Part shown: piece by piece, positions 38,081-52,149 of the stretch
Numbering within the stretch: position 1 is the stretch's first letter
Layout: every line of letters starts with the position of its first letter
DNA from: Lama guanicoe
Taxonomy: Eukaryota
Length of the DNA: 64,000 nucleotides
Assembly (NCBI GenBank): GCA_013239625.1
Contig: MU054187.1
Location: forward strand, 5,095,757 to 5,159,756
Direction of reading: 5' to 3'
Notes under the pieces: generated by a model
Database searches by the model: none
What the model was told of the DNA's origin: nothing
The model's input: the letters and a program-made list of their open reading frames with translations, nothing else
Program-made: the position numbers and the translations under genes

Positions 38081-39949
38081 GGAACTGTCACATGACTCCA
38101 TCCTAATCAAAAGTAATTTTTTAGAAGTCTCTGTGAGATAGAGAACATTTACCACAGGTAAAGCTAGAAATATGAGAAAGCATAGTGTTTCTGATTTTCA
38201 GGTAGGAACTGCACCTACAGAGGAGGATTACCAGCTATACGATAAATTACAATTTGGTGGAAATAGTTTTTTTGCTTTTGTTCCTTTTTTTTTTCTTTTT
38301 TACGATAGTCACGAAAAGTCCACAGACATGGGGAGGGTATCGTGGCTAAGGGAAGTCTTGTATCTGATTCACTGAGATGCCATTTAAAAGGAGGGAGGGG
38401 ACAAGAAAGAGCAGGGACTGGAAAAGGGTGGGTGGCTTTGGAACAGAAGGAGAGTCTCCGAACGTCAGATGTCAGTCGCTGATGCGCTCCCCATCCTCCT
38501 GACACATCACAAAGCACCAGCCCACTGCTCAGGTCTCAGGAACTAGACGAGCTGACCAAGTTTCACGTGGAATGTCCTCCACTCAGGGTACCTCTTCCCC
38601 CTTGGATACTAGTTCCCAGAAAAGAAAATGCTTCTTTGTTACTAAACTGCTCAATATAAAATAAGCCTGGTTAGTTTCTGTAACCATTATAACCTCTTCA
38701 TTTTATTAACTATCCCTTTGGTATGCCCTAGAAACCATCAAGGAAACCTCAAAAAATGAATAAAAATAAAGCAGCAACGAATATCCAAAACTTTATTGAG
38801 CAAAACCACACTAAACACGTTGTTTGAAACCAAATAGCTATTGGGGTCGGTGGGAGCATGGGGATCACAGCCACAGTCTTCAGAGTTCAATTTGTTTTGA
38901 GGCCAGCATGGAGAGTAGAAATATTTTTTATCTTAGTTTTTCTTTCACAGAATTCAAGACATTATCATTGGATAGTATCCCAGAAAACTAAACACAAATC
39001 CCTGAGCTAGAGAAGAATGTTCATGGTCTCAATAAATCTACTTAATGGAAACTGAGTCTTCTCTTGGACAGATTTGGAAGACCTGATTTAAATAATATTA
39101 AGTGTTCTATCTAGAAATGACATAACGTAATAGGCTCCATTCGCCCCTTGCCCTCCTCCAGAGGACCCCAGATACACCCCCAGCTGTGACCAGGCACTCC
39201 CCTCACCTAAATAACATGGCTTCAGTGTGGCTTGTAGATATTATTATGCAAAGATAAAGCATTAACTTTCAAAGTTCATAAACCATCCCCTATTTCCTCA
39301 CTGTCCTTGATATTTATACACTTTGCTTTTCCTTTACGGCTTCCATTGTCCAGATAATGATTCTAGTTCTCCACTTCAATCCAGGGCAATAAGCACTGCC
39401 AAAGAAATAAGTAACCGCGGGCAGGTCTCTCCTCCTCCCAAGTCCTAACTCCTGCAACAGTACACCTGTCTGCAGATATGCCGTTTGTCAGTTCTGCCAA
39501 CAAACATCTACCGAACTTCAGCTGAAGAGAGGAAGAGACTTGTGTTCTCTGCTAGTATCGCCACCCAAGTGCTCGCAGGATGGAGGACTAAGAAGTGCAT
39601 TGATAAGTAACTAGTAAATGTAGTTCCCACATTTGCATTTCTTAACAAAATGCTGAGTATCTGTAGAACAGAGAAAAAGCAGCAGGTAAAGAGTGAAACA
39701 CCTTCCGGGTTAGGAAGCTGATCAGCAATCAAGCGGCAAGTATGGAATGAACATTTATCTACCATGTATCCTGTAAGATATCCAGAGGGATCTGGATGAA
39801 ACATGGCCCTTAAGAGCCGAACCTCACCGTTGAGACATTATTTATTCACAAAAACTGATGAAGTGACAATGAAATATAGTGTAAAAATAGTGGAATATTA
39901 AGTGCTGAAATACAAAATAGTAGATGGCTTCTGAATGTTAGAGACTGGA

Positions 39950-40675
39950 GAAAAATGAAGGTGAACTGGATCAGGAAAACTTAGAAGGAACATGTGGCCC
40001 TTGACCTTGTGCTTCAAAGGAAGCAAAGAACTTGGGGGAAAGAGTGAGCGTCCAAGGCGAGGGTGGCACAGAGAAGGCCAAGGCCCAGGAGCGTGTGCAC
40101 AGCGCTCCGAGACAGCGTGAGATGCCAGGCCTTGGGAAACAGAGGGCTAGCCCCACAGGGAGGCCGTGCAAGGCTTCAGATTTCACGCAAGAGAAAGTAA
40201 GGCGCCCCTAGAGGAATGTGGACACTGCGCTGTGACTGAGGCCGACCGGACGATCCTGTGCTACACGTAAGCAGATCTGAAGACCGGGGCCACAGATAAA
40301 GGCTCTCATGGTGACACAGCCCTGAGATGGCGCTGGTGAAACAGGAATTCTAGCACAGTCCAAGACGACAAACTGACAGAATTTACTGATGTGACAAAGA
40401 AAAGCGTGCAGTCAAAGACTTCTGAGTTTCAGCCTGAAGGGCCAGAAGAACAGAGATGATACTGGCAAAAATGGTTAAGGGAAGATAGTTGATAAGTTTG
40501 ATTTGGAGATGTTAGTCTAAAAGAAATCTATGAAAATAAAACATGAAAATCACAGGACTGGATACCTAGTGCTATGACGTTCCTGGACTGGGTTGCAGAG
40601 TCACAGCGAGAGCCATGGCAGCAGACGTGCCGCCCGGAGAATTGAGGACAGGGGAGAAAGGCAGCGGCTGAAGGA
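39950..40675 (-). mobile_element. LINE-2 fragment (GC-shifted in part)
   Basis: gagcgtccaaggcgagggtggcacagagaaggccaaggcccaggagcgtg, acagaatttactgat and gcagtcaaagacttctgagtttcagcctga follow antisense L2. Confidence 0.7.
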
Positions 40676-41096
40676 TGACAGAGACCCCTGGACCAGACCT
40701 GAGTCAGCCTCCTCTGAGCCCTCTTCCGCCTTGGGCTGTGGTGTCCATCATCCTTCTAAGCCAGTTTAGAGAGGACCCCCCAACCTCAACATCAGATCAA
40801 ATTTCCCATCACCCCCCGACCAGCATCTGATCACCCTGGCTCGTCTTCTACAAGAATCCTGTTAGGCCAGTTTAGCGAGGATTAGCCCTCCCCACAGCAG
40901 TCACCCTTAATAACGTTCCATCCTCCCCTTTCCCTGCGAACTAGCTCTGACTGTACATCCCCACTGCCTCCCGTGTTCGGAGCCGGGCCTGATCTCTCTC
41001 CCCACTGCAACGGTCCTGACACCGCCTATCACGACAGTCCCGCGTAACGTCCTTCTTATCACCTGGACAAGTTCCAGAGTAACTTTTTCTTCAACA
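40676..41096 (+). mobile_element. ERV1 solo LTR, MER31-like
   Basis: TG...CA termini (tgacagagac... / ...tttttcttcaaca). Internal gtcagcctcctctgagccctcttc, cagatcaaatttcccatc, atctgatcaccctggc, caagaatcctgttaggccagtttagc and tctctctccccactgcaa follow the MER31 consensus in order. No clear TSD. Confidence 0.85.
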
Positions 41097-41544
41097 TGGG
41101 TAAGTCAAATGGCTTACTCATGATTCAGGCACCATGAAGAGTGCACGTGAAGGGGAGAGAGATCTCCACTTCCTAGGAGGGTAAAACTACACGATGTGAT
41201 TAACAGAACGCTTATTTCTCATGCTGGTAGTTTTTCTGCTTTTAGGGTAGTGAGTTGTTGTTATAAATAAATCATCTCTCATGTCAGTTTTATGTGAAAG
41301 GAATAATTTCTACTCAGAAAGATACCCTTTCCGTTAGGTATCAGAGATTGAATCTCTTTAGCATGCAAAATGCCTGCCCCACATTTAATAACGTTCTTCC
41401 TCATACTGTTTCCTAGTTGTGTCATATACGGTCTCTCCAAATACTTGAATTCAGGGAAAATATAGTCTAACAACAAAGCAACTCTGACCCTACCAGCTGT
41501 GATACTAGAATACCATTTGTATTGTACTTTATAAATCAATTTCA

Positions 41545-41700
41545 CACACACTATCTCAAAACTGAATCCTCACAATGATCCAAAAAGCCAGTAGAATTTT
41601 TTTCATTTTACGAAGCAAACTGAAAGCAGGGCGGGTCAGAATGAGCCAGAGTCACACAGCTCCTGTACCACCTGCGGTCCTGGCAGAGTTCCGGCCAGGA
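41545..41700 (-). mobile_element. MIR SINE fragment
   Basis: tgaatcctcacaatgatcc...ttcattttacgaagcaaactgaaagcagggcgggtcagaatgagccagagtcacacagct. Confidence 0.7.
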
Positions 41701-44700
41701 ACTGGGGTGTGGGTCACCCCACTGGCTGCACGAGGCAGCTCTGGTCTGGGGTGAGCATCTTTGAGGGATTCTGCTGTAGGCACAGATGTGCCCCTGTGAT
41801 TCCAAATCTATGACCATGGAGGTAAGCGCCTGTGTCCTGCCAGCGAGCATGGACTTCCTCGAGTGCTTTCAGGTGCCCCGCGTGTCTGCTGCGACTCCAT
41901 TTCCCTCCTCCCCTTGAGGCTTGGACGGAGACATTTCCCCTGTTCTTAAGGGTGCATTGAAGTTCACAGTGTCTCCTTCAGTTCTTTTTTCACCATGAAG
42001 TCTCCGCTGGAGTGAGGACATTCTCTTTCCCCAACAGGATATGACCAGGAGAGGCACCATGCTTGGTACCCAAGAATGTGCATCCCATTCACTGGTCCCA
42101 GGGTCCCTAAGCCCACCCACCCAGGATATACACAAGCAGAGATCTGCTATCACTCTGGCACAGAGAACTGCTCCTCACCAGTTCCCTTCTGGTGGGAGGT
42201 GAAAGGTTCCGGATAGTCTTGATGAAAGACTAAGATTTTTCCAGACTAAGAACCTGAACGATTGGCATTTTATTTACATGGATGATACTGAATGAAGTTC
42301 AATACTTATTGATTTGTGCTTGTTTGCTAAGGGCTATGATGTAGAAAATGTGCTATTAAAAAAAGGAAAATTTATTTATTGGACTATAAAGAACAGAGGC
42401 AATTGAAAGCCTGACAATCCTATACACAGAACAATCATTTTGTCCTTTTAACTCAAGACAAATGTTAGACGTAGTAAGTGGCAACCCCCTGCTGCCGGTG
42501 CAGCGAGCTGCAGGTGAGAATGCAGGCGCTGTTGAGGGAGAAAGATGAATCAGCTCAGAAGGAAAGAAATGAAGACAAAAAGGAAATGGGGCAAAAAGTA
42601 TTATCCATACAAATAGCTAAAGTATGAAAAATGTTAGTACTATTACCAAGAATCATAAAGCCTAATTCTACCTGTGCTGTGTTCCAAGCTTGGGGACAGG
42701 TAACGTTTCATGAGGCAGTTTGTGAACTTTAGGACAGAGCAGAGAGAGCAAGCAAGCAGTGCGAGAGCCCCCAGCTCCACAGTCCCCCGCAAACCTCCGC
42801 AGTCGGCACTCCTCCTCCCAGAGCCGGGACAACAGCCCCTCCCACTGGTCGGAGTTCACCTGGCGGGGTCAGGGGGAGGGGGTGTGGTAGAGATGATAAA
42901 TCTTGACTTGCTGTATCTGACAGTGCACATGGAAGGGTTTTAAATGGGGAGAATTTGATTCTTGCCTAGAAAGGAGGCTACGAAGTCGATTCAGGACCAC
43001 AGCACAGATGAGCTGTGGGTCAGCAGAAACAGAGACTGCCGCAGCTCCCTAAGCCACACACACTCATTTGCTTAAGGCTGTTTATATCTCTCTTGTTGCA
43101 CAACAGAAGAGGAACTCCATGTATCTATGGTGGCTTCAAGTTTCACATTCTGATTGCACGTTCAGGGTGTCGTTCAGTATCCCTGAAAAGCAGCGCTTAA
43201 AAAAGTATCTTTGCATGATGTCTAAGAAAAGTATTGAAGGTATTGATCACGTTACTTGGGAAAGCTCTAAGAACTGAGAGGGACTTGTCAGGCAGGATGA
43301 AACGCGAGCTCCCTTTGGCATCATGTTCAAAGCAATGGTGAAGGAGAGGATAAAACTGAGGCAAAGGGTAACAGGTAGTTCCATCCCATTTGAAAAAGCC
43401 GTAGATAACTGACAATTGGGAGCTATTTGAAAAAAGCAAATACTGCGCGGTAGGCTGTCTATGGCTATTCTAATTCCGTATCTTTACCAAAAATTGTGTA
43501 TGCATTTCTTTCCATTTCCCCATAATTTAAATTGGATCATGAAATATTTACAAAGGGGAGAAAAGATAAAATTGTTTTACCTTGAGCCATATTAATCAAA
43601 GAGATCTGTTTTAATTTGGTTCTCTGCTCTGAATGCTTCCAGTCAACTACAGCAGTGATGTAATTCATCCTGACTAGCTGAGAATAGCTTTTTGAAACAG
43701 CAACATCATTTCAGTTGAGTTCTGACCTTGCCTTACTCTTCTTAATACTGTTTGATAGGCCTATAGCTAGTGATTTGGGGATATTAGATCAGTTTTATTT
43801 CTTAATGATCTGTGTTTGTTTGGCTTGATTTTAATTTGGAAAACACTTATATTCTTTTTTTTTAGAGGAGAACCCCTAATGCCTTAAAAGTCTGCTTTTA
43901 AAGAAACATTTCCAAAGGGAATCAGAGAATTGAAAGCATCATTTTCAATGGGCCAGCCTGGCCAAACTCTAGCCACGAGGCCTTGAGGCCATGCGCTGGG
44001 AGGCCTCCTTGAGTCAAACAGCGCTGCAAGGTCCTGACGCCCCACAGCAGGGGTCCACTTGCAAACGGTATGACGGAATGGCTATAACTATCTTAAAATA
44101 TATTTATGGACACGAATTTTATTTAATCAATTAATGCCTGTATGTCCCGTACATCTCTATGCCTCACACATATGTTGCACATATTTATTTAATATTTATT
44201 TAATACGTTCTAGGTCTGGGCACGATGCTCATGGTTAACAGGGTAGGACAATGAACAAGACAGGAACTTTGTTCTTAAGAAAAACAAAGCTAAACTCTCG
44301 AGGGTACCTACTATGCGCCATGCTCTAGACTGTATCTTTGTTACAATTGTTCTCAAGAATAATGTTGAGAAGTCACATGACTTTTGTCAGCTAAGTGGTA
44401 AAATGGCTTTTAAGTTTTCTTTTAATATATCTTCATTAGCATATCACGTCACTTGTGAATTTGTGTGATTTCTCTATAAATTAATGTGAAAAAGAAGCTA
44501 TGTCTCTCATCCAATCCCTTTCTTGATTCTGAAATTAAGGAAGAATAGAACCTCACATTTATTCAGTTTCCTTTCCCCCTACCCCACCCCCCCACTTTTT
44601 TTTTTTTTTAATTCACAGTCAGTCAGAGATTTGCAATGAAGAGGCTATTTCTGGGCTGCTGCTGCTGTCGCCGGGGTGGGGGAGTGTGGGGAGGCAGAGA

Positions 44701-47700
44701 AAACCTGACTCCAAAAACAGGCTTTCCTTTGTACCTCGAAGGACAATCAACAGACTAAGTCAGGAAAGGAATTCCAAGTATAGCTGCCTTAACAGGCTAA
44801 AATTAGAAAGAGAGGCAGGACAGGGGAAGGAGGAACAGAAAAGGAGGGAGAGAAGCAAGGAGAGGCTATACAAAGGCACTGTGTAAACTCTTCCTCTTGG
44901 AACCTACAGATTATTATTATTATATTTATTTAAGCAAAATTTTAAATTACAATTTAATTGCTAGCTGTCTCTATTTTAAATCCTCTTAGCTCTACATCGG
45001 GGAGAAAGAGACCTTAACAATCAAGCTGTCCTCATATCAACAATTTAAATGATATTTTAAGAGTCGTTCCAATATATGTGGTTATTAGACAGGTTTACTG
45101 GAAAAATAAAAATGAGTGCCTGATCATTTCAGTTTTTAAGTCAACACTATAAGGAGCATTTATGGAGATGAAATATATTTGCAGTAAGAGTGCTTTGAAA
45201 TAAATGCTATTAAGAAAGCTTAGGGAATGATTATATTTTATTTCAATAGAAAACAAACAACTGAACTCTGCTCCTGTGGTCTGTTTCAACATCATGTCTT
45301 TCTGTCCCTCCTCTTCTTGTAATAAATACTCTCTTGCCATCCCTGTTACTGACAATAATGTAGGTGAACTCTGCACCATGTACATCTGTCATTATTAATG
45401 ACCATGGGAGAGAAAAACGATAACTCATTCTTTTAGGAAACAAGAGGGTAAAACGCTATAGAAATTTCCTTTCGTGTTTTCTGCTGCAAGAATATCTGCA
45501 TTTATCCCCTCTAAATTCACCATTAAGCCTCAGTAGCAGAATAGGGGGAAAAAAACCTCGTATTTTTAACTTCAAGAGAAAAATACTGTTATACAGAAGA
45601 CACTTGTTGCTATATGAAGGTTTTTATGAAAACAATACCCAATGTTTTAGGTACACAATACATATAATCCACTTAAAGCTCAGACTATAAAGAAATGTGA
45701 AGGTAGGGAACATTTCTTTCACTCACAGGCTTAAATAACTTTCAATATGACTAGCCCACAGAATGCTTTTACTAAAATACTTGTTCCATTCACCAAGTTT
45801 ATAAAAAGTATATATTTATTTTAAATTAGGTCTTTCAGGTACTTTGTACTTGAATTTTGAAAGAAGTCAAAGTACTATGTTTTTATTATCAAAATATAAA
45901 CTAAGTGCTAAAGAGACAAAGTCAAAGAGATACGTGCTTCTTTAAGAACAAAGGGTCCTTATTCACTTCTCAGAGAAATGAGAGGATGAGGGCTAATATT
46001 GTATTGGAAAATAGCTGCAAAAATCTGTATTAGCCACTTTTAAATGAAAGGACAGATAACAATCTCTAATAACATAAAAATATGCCAATGCATGCAGACA
46101 TTTTATTTCAAACTAATTCTTACATAACAACTTCCTGTCTGTTCAATTTTAAGCTGCCTCCTATTAATATCATCTACTTCTTCTCAGCACTGATTGAAGT
46201 GTTACCATGAGGGTTATTCTGACTTACTGGAAATGGACTTTTCCAGAATATAAAGTTTAAGACTTCAATAGATTGGGAGGGCTCAGTTTAAGCCACTAAC
46301 ATGCTTTGCTAAGTCTCTCTTGTCTTCCCACTGGCTCCTTCCACTGTTCTATTGACATGTGAAATTCTAGAAATGTCAGCTTTTGTCAATGTTACAGTCT
46401 ACACTGTTATTAGTAGCTTTTTAGAAAGTATAAAGAAATAGTAAAAAAAATTAATTGTCTTTCAACAGAACACAGCAAAATATCCACAAGTTTTAAACAT
46501 TCTCTACCCGAAACCCGAACTGAAATACAATTTTCCAAATGCAACACCAAGTACAAATGACTTATATATGTCAATGAATACTGTAGCAGTGACTCCAGTT
46601 TTTACATCTGTTTAAATGATAAATCATGCCAAACAAGGGAAAAAACCAAGCAAACAAATATGAAAAAAAGACAGTCAGAAGTGGGCCCTACACATCTCCC
46701 TGAAAAATGTCAAGACTCCGCCAGATAATACACAGTAGCACCAGCCAAACAGCCTCTGATCTGAGAGCTCTTCTACCAGCAAACTTTCAGGAAAACAGTT
46801 CCCTCGATTTTTACGTACACAGTTCAATGAATAAATTGATGAATCAACAATAATTAGTCATATTCCAATACTCTAATTTTTAGCTACCAGTCACCAAAGG
46901 CTGCAGTCAACTTCAAAATGAGTTTGCCTACATTTTCTTTAAGAAAAAATTAAATCCACTCAGACATGTTTAATTTTTTTTTTATTGTATGACGCCAAAT
47001 AACCAATTTGAAATTGTCATCTTCAATTTTGGTTTTAGTTCAAATGTAAATATACTGAAGGAAGGCAGCTGACTTTGTGTGGGGAGAGGGTCTCTTCTAT
47101 TTTATCAAAGGGACCTAGCACTTCTCTTATGATAGAAGTGAAATGGGGAGCGTGAGGTTTGGGAGAATGAAAGGTTTTTCTTTACAAACCTTCCTTCCTC
47201 TGAGTCTGAGTGGGGGGGGCGGGGGGCACAGTTTTCCACTCCCCACTTCCAGCCCTGTTCTTATCTCTCCCACCTGTTCATGTCAGATGACAGAATTAGG
47301 CCAAATGGGTTTGTTTCCATCTCTCTCTGTTAATGTTTTTGCTAAACAGACTCCCCTCATCAGGATTATAATAAAGGGGCCTATGCCTTAGTCCCACTTG
47401 AATTTTTAGTCACTAAAACTAGGAAAGAAGTATCCATAAACATTTCAAGGACATAAAATCACTCCATTCAACAAACTGCTTTGAATTAAATTAGTTTGAA
47501 ACACTTTATCCTTAAAACTGCAAAAACATTGTGATACTAAATATTCAGTATTATCACTCAGGCAAATTGGCCCAGGTCAAATGAGGAAATTTCAAAAATG
47601 AGATTGCTAAATTTCTCAGCTTGATAATTTTGTAATAAATAATGTGCTTCTATTCAATCTGTACATTAAGTCTTTTATGTGGCCTTAAGGCACTCTCTGA

Positions 47701-50059
47701 TGTCTATGCCCATTACAATGTAGCCATAGAAACTGACACATTTATTTCTTGGATTAGTGTGCCATTGAAAATATTAATATGATGCAGTAAATGGGGATTT
47801 AATCTAATCTACTGATGGTAGGATGAAGTTAGTAAAAGGTTGAGTGCCCTGACGGAGAAAGAAAGATTATATCTGCAGAGAGAAGCTTGTTATTGGTTAC
47901 ACAGATCAACTAAACAGTCTATGACACATTACACAATTTCTGCATTTAAACAGACTTGGTCAAACTCAGCATGGAGGCTTTCTGCAGGCTGAAGAATGCT
48001 TTTTCACATATATATTAAAGATTTCAATATCCAGGCTGAAACACCTTTTATCTATGAGCATAAACAGAAGAGCACACCTCTTACCACACACTTTGTGAAC
48101 ACACAGCACCCAGGGCAAAACTAGCATGCCCAAAACCATTTTTGAAAAATTTATTTCATCTTGGTTTGAAGGCATTTGCTTAGCCTTTCACCTCTGCCAA
48201 GGGTTGAAAAAAAGCCCAGAAGAACTTCATCAAAGAAAGCCAATTTTATTTAACATGTGCTGAGAAAATGCAGCTAATTGATTTCACCGTTAATTTTGTT
48301 AATTTCTAACTGGAAATCAGATACCGATAAATATTCCTTTTGTTGTGGGACAGATCATACTTGACGCTGATGTCTCCTAATGATTCATAGGATTCCAGTT
48401 CTGTCCCCCCTTTACTCCGCAGCAGACTACATAAATTTCAGAGATATATTCTGACAGATGAGGCATTGTTGAAAAGCAAAGTACAGCACTTTGTCCTTGA
48501 AATGTTAACATGTAATGCCATAAAGTATTCAAATAATAATTTACTCAATCTTTCAGGGTAATTAATTAAAATGCTCGAGATGTTGGAGAAAATCACCTTG
48601 AGCTTATAAAACTGGAAAGCCCCCCCCCTTTCCTCTCTGCATGCAAGCTGCCCCTGCAGACCTACCACATGCTTCCCCAGTTATGGGGTTTGATTTCAGA
48701 AGATAATAAATAGCCAGGATCTAATTTTGCCATGTCACAACCGATTATGTTTCACAAGAAAAGGTGGAGTGCTCACCTACCAGATGAAGGTGAAACATAA
48801 AACCACTTTTATTTATGTCATGTGTCCAAATTCAGCTCAACCTGGCCATGGGTACTATGAGCGTGTGGACTTCCACTGTCAGGCGAATTTATGTACCTCA
48901 AGAAAGTGTCAAATATAAACATAAATTTAACCAAAGGGATGGAACCCTTATTACAAAAAAAATAAATAAAACACATTTTGACATCTAATATAAATTATTA
49001 AAAAAAACTTTTACTACTTTTCAGAAGGTCACAAAGAAAGAGTAAGACGTTAAACACATACAGCCTATGGCTCTATCTTCATTCAGGTGCTGATTAGCAG
49101 TATAATTTAGACCCAGAGTCATTTTTAAAGGCTTTTTTCTTTTTAACTTTCAGAAGCTCATTTCTGCTCAGTATCTTAATCAGTCCTACTAGATAGTTGC
49201 TCAATTGTTACAAAGTAAATTTAAAAGGAAGATTTAACATAGGAATTTATATTTCCAAGGGGAATATAATCAGATCTAAGCCTCTGACCCCTCAGGTAAA
49301 ATGAAAGACTCTAGACATTTTCTGGTTGAGCTAGGCCAAAAAATATGTTTCTAGATGGCGAGTCTAATTGCTCCAGCATTACATTTCGGGTGCAGAATCA
49401 AAGGCAAAGTTTGGACATCAGAGTTCCTGTTTCTGTTCATGTCAGGAGGATAAAACAGAAGGCTGATAACAATAGATTAACAAGCCCCGGGTATTACTCA
49501 GCCGTTCCCCTCAGTTGGATAGGCTTTGGACAGAATTTTAATGACTAAAAAAATTGCATATGATGAATAAGGATGTCATTTTCAATTAACATGAACAAAG
49601 GATCATTCCCATATTTGGCAAATGAGGTAGCCTTGGTGTAAGAAAAGCTCGGGCATTCGCAGACAATGCATCACCGCCAGCAAACCAAAACAAGCTGACG
49701 ACCTGTGGGTACCCTCGCAGGGGCGCCGCTACAGCTTCAGCAGGTACCTGGCAGCCCCAGGTTACAGGCCGCACCGACAGCCTCCCCTCAGCCGAAGCAA
49801 CACTGACTTTAGGGCCAGCCCCGGGCAGCGGGATGTAGCACAAACCTAAACGGGCTGCAAAAGGCGTCAGCACCCAAGTTCACTCAGGATGAAAATGAGC
49901 AGAGGCCTAAAAAGAACTCCCAGTCCGTACTCCACGACAAGGGGGACACCGCGATCTCAGAGAAGTTTAACCTCGCGGAACTTACTGTGTATAAAGCCTT
50001 CGGAGGGCGCCTCAGGCTGACAGGAGCCGCAACATGCTCCGTCGGGACAGAGCCCGGGC

Positions 50060-50279
50060 GCCCAGGGCGCGGTGTGTGTGCGTGCGTGCGTGCGTGCTCA
50101 GGGCGTAACATGGGCGCTCAGGGCGTAGCGTGCCTGCGTGCATAGAACCTAGCATGTGAGCGTTCTCAGGACGTAGCGTGCGTGCGTGCATAGAGCGTAA
50201 CATGGGTGCTCAGGACATAGCATGTGAGCATGCTCAGGACGTAACGCGTGTGCTCAGGACGTAGCGTGTGAGCTTAGGG
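50060..50279. repeat. CpG-rich minisatellite, about 9-10 degenerate units of 20-24 bp
   Basis: Recurring head gctcagg(a/g)cgta(a/g)c followed by (gcgt/gtgt/atgt)-type tails; the first unit carries an expanded (GCGT)n run. Confidence 0.9.
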
Positions 50280-50428
50280 TGGTTCGGTACAGCACTTACC
50301 GTTCGCACACTGCGTGTTCTGTGTTTCCTCACTTCAGGGTCACGTCCTGAGTTCAGTTGGTTGTGGGACCATGGTAGCGACTGCTTTCCGTGCTTCAGTA
50401 ATCTGGGGGTACGCTCAGAGTCCCTCAA

Positions 50429-50483
50429 GTATTGTATTGTATTGTATTGTATTGTATTGTATTGTATTGTATTGTATTGTATT
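50429..50483. repeat. (GTATT)11 pentanucleotide microsatellite
   Basis: Perfect gtatt repeats, then degenerate copies to about 50500; explains the 'YCIVL' repeats in two ORFs. Confidence 0.97.
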
Positions 50484-50774
50484 ATCTTATTGTATTATTT
50501 GACTATTTACTGTCTTAACAGCAGTGCCGTTGGAAGTGACTCTCAGATCCAGCGGCTGCCATGGATTCCGTTCACTCTTGGGCGGCTTGTGAGAGCCTCA
50601 GGGAGGCAGCCCGGCCTTACTGAAAATCAAAGCATTGGCCGTGAGATCCAGGGGATCTCCGTGGGAGTGTAAGCGGTCCCAGTCAAGGCCCAACAGATGG
50701 AGTCCCCACCAGACTCGATTTGCTGGCCGCTGGTGGGATCAGCGCTTTCAGGGCGCTGTGGCCAAGCACGAAAT

Positions 50775-50990
50775 CATGTTTTCCCAAGCGTGTTCTACTG
50801 CGTTACACAAAGTTAAACAAATGACAATCTAGGAGGACTTCTCAGAGCCTTTTACAAACTAACATGTAATGAGCCTCTAAGAGGAGAATGCATGCAATGA
50901 TGTTTTAATTTTCTTGATCTAGGAAAACTTTGCTCTCATGGAGCACCTAGTAAAATATCGCAAGACACTCACATTCCCAGCAAATAGTCT
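50775..50990. mobile_element. Old non-autonomous hAT/Charlie-type DNA transposon fragment
   Basis: catgttttcccaagcgtgttc...gttacacaaagttaaaca...aggacttctcagagcctttt...ctaacatg resembles a eutherian hAT MITE; exact family not certain. Confidence 0.65.
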
Positions 50991-52149
50991 GGAAAATCCT
51001 GCTGTAGGTGACTCAAGTAAAATTATTACCAGCGTGCTAATTGCTCTGTAATTCTTTAGGTTTTGCCCAGATCTAAAGCTCTTTGGTAGTACCCATGAGA
51101 CATTATGGACCCTTTGTGTACTGCTAATGACATTTCAAAGGAAAAGGCAAGCCAGAGAATGCCAATTGCACCTGATATTAACAGAAGCATTGCCAAAGAA
51201 AGGAGAGGTCCACCATGCTGGGGAGAGTTAGATGTAACTTTCCCAAGTTTCCGAGCTCCTTGGAGAAGAAGTTCAGGTATTCCCCAGTCCCTGCTCTTAG
51301 ATGAGTCCACAATATTGTTCTTGGTGGCTCTGTTCCCCTCATCTCATAGCACCTGTTCCAAACCTTCACTCATCTCTTCACAGTTGTTAACCAACCCTGT
51401 CTCATCAGTGAGCATGACTCCATCTCCTAGCTCACTAAGTAACCAGGGGCACTGGTGGGTGCTTCTTCAAGTTCAAGACCCATAATATAAATCAACCACC
51501 ATCTAGTTTTCCTTACTTTTTTCCTCCAGGTGCAGATCATTGGCGCCCTCTCTTCCCCAGAAAGCAGCACCATCCTAGCTCCACTCCAGCCCCAGTGGGC
51601 CCTGAGACTGTCTCGACAAGATTTGGCTTCATCAGGTTTCACAGCTCACTCCTCCAACGTCGCTATCCTGGCCAAATAGATATACTCAAGTCTTTCTGAT
51701 CCAAAAATAACCACTCCAGCTCTCTGTCTCCCCTAAACACTGCTCTCTTTCCTTACCTCCTCAGGTAAATGTATTGCAGAGCCACCCACACTCTCATCTC
51801 GACAGCCTCAATTCCTTTCATTCCAAAGTCCATCATTATCTGACTTCAAGACTCATCACTCCATTAAAACTACCTTCACCAAGTTGGTGATGATGTCCAT
51901 ATTGGCAAATTCCATGGCCATTTCTGTCTTTATCTTCTAATGTTCACTACTGATGATACACCCCGAGAACTCTCTATTTTCTTGGCTTCAGTGACACCAC
52001 TCTATCCTGGTTCTCTCTGACTCTCTTTCCTCTTTTTTTTTTTTTTCTTTTTTTTCAAAACTCTCTTCCTCTGTTCGTCACTTAAAACTTGGGCTCCCCC
52101 ATGACTCCATTCTTGGTCATTATGCTTAATTCCCAGTAAACTCTTCCTG

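Noticed and set aside
50060..50279. CRISPR-like repeat-spacer array
   Set aside because: The DNA is mammalian; units are only 20-24 bp and the 'spacers' are related to each other, so it is a minisatellite.
50268..50672. 134-aa ORF with YCIVL repeats
   Set aside because: Product of the (GTATT)n microsatellite.
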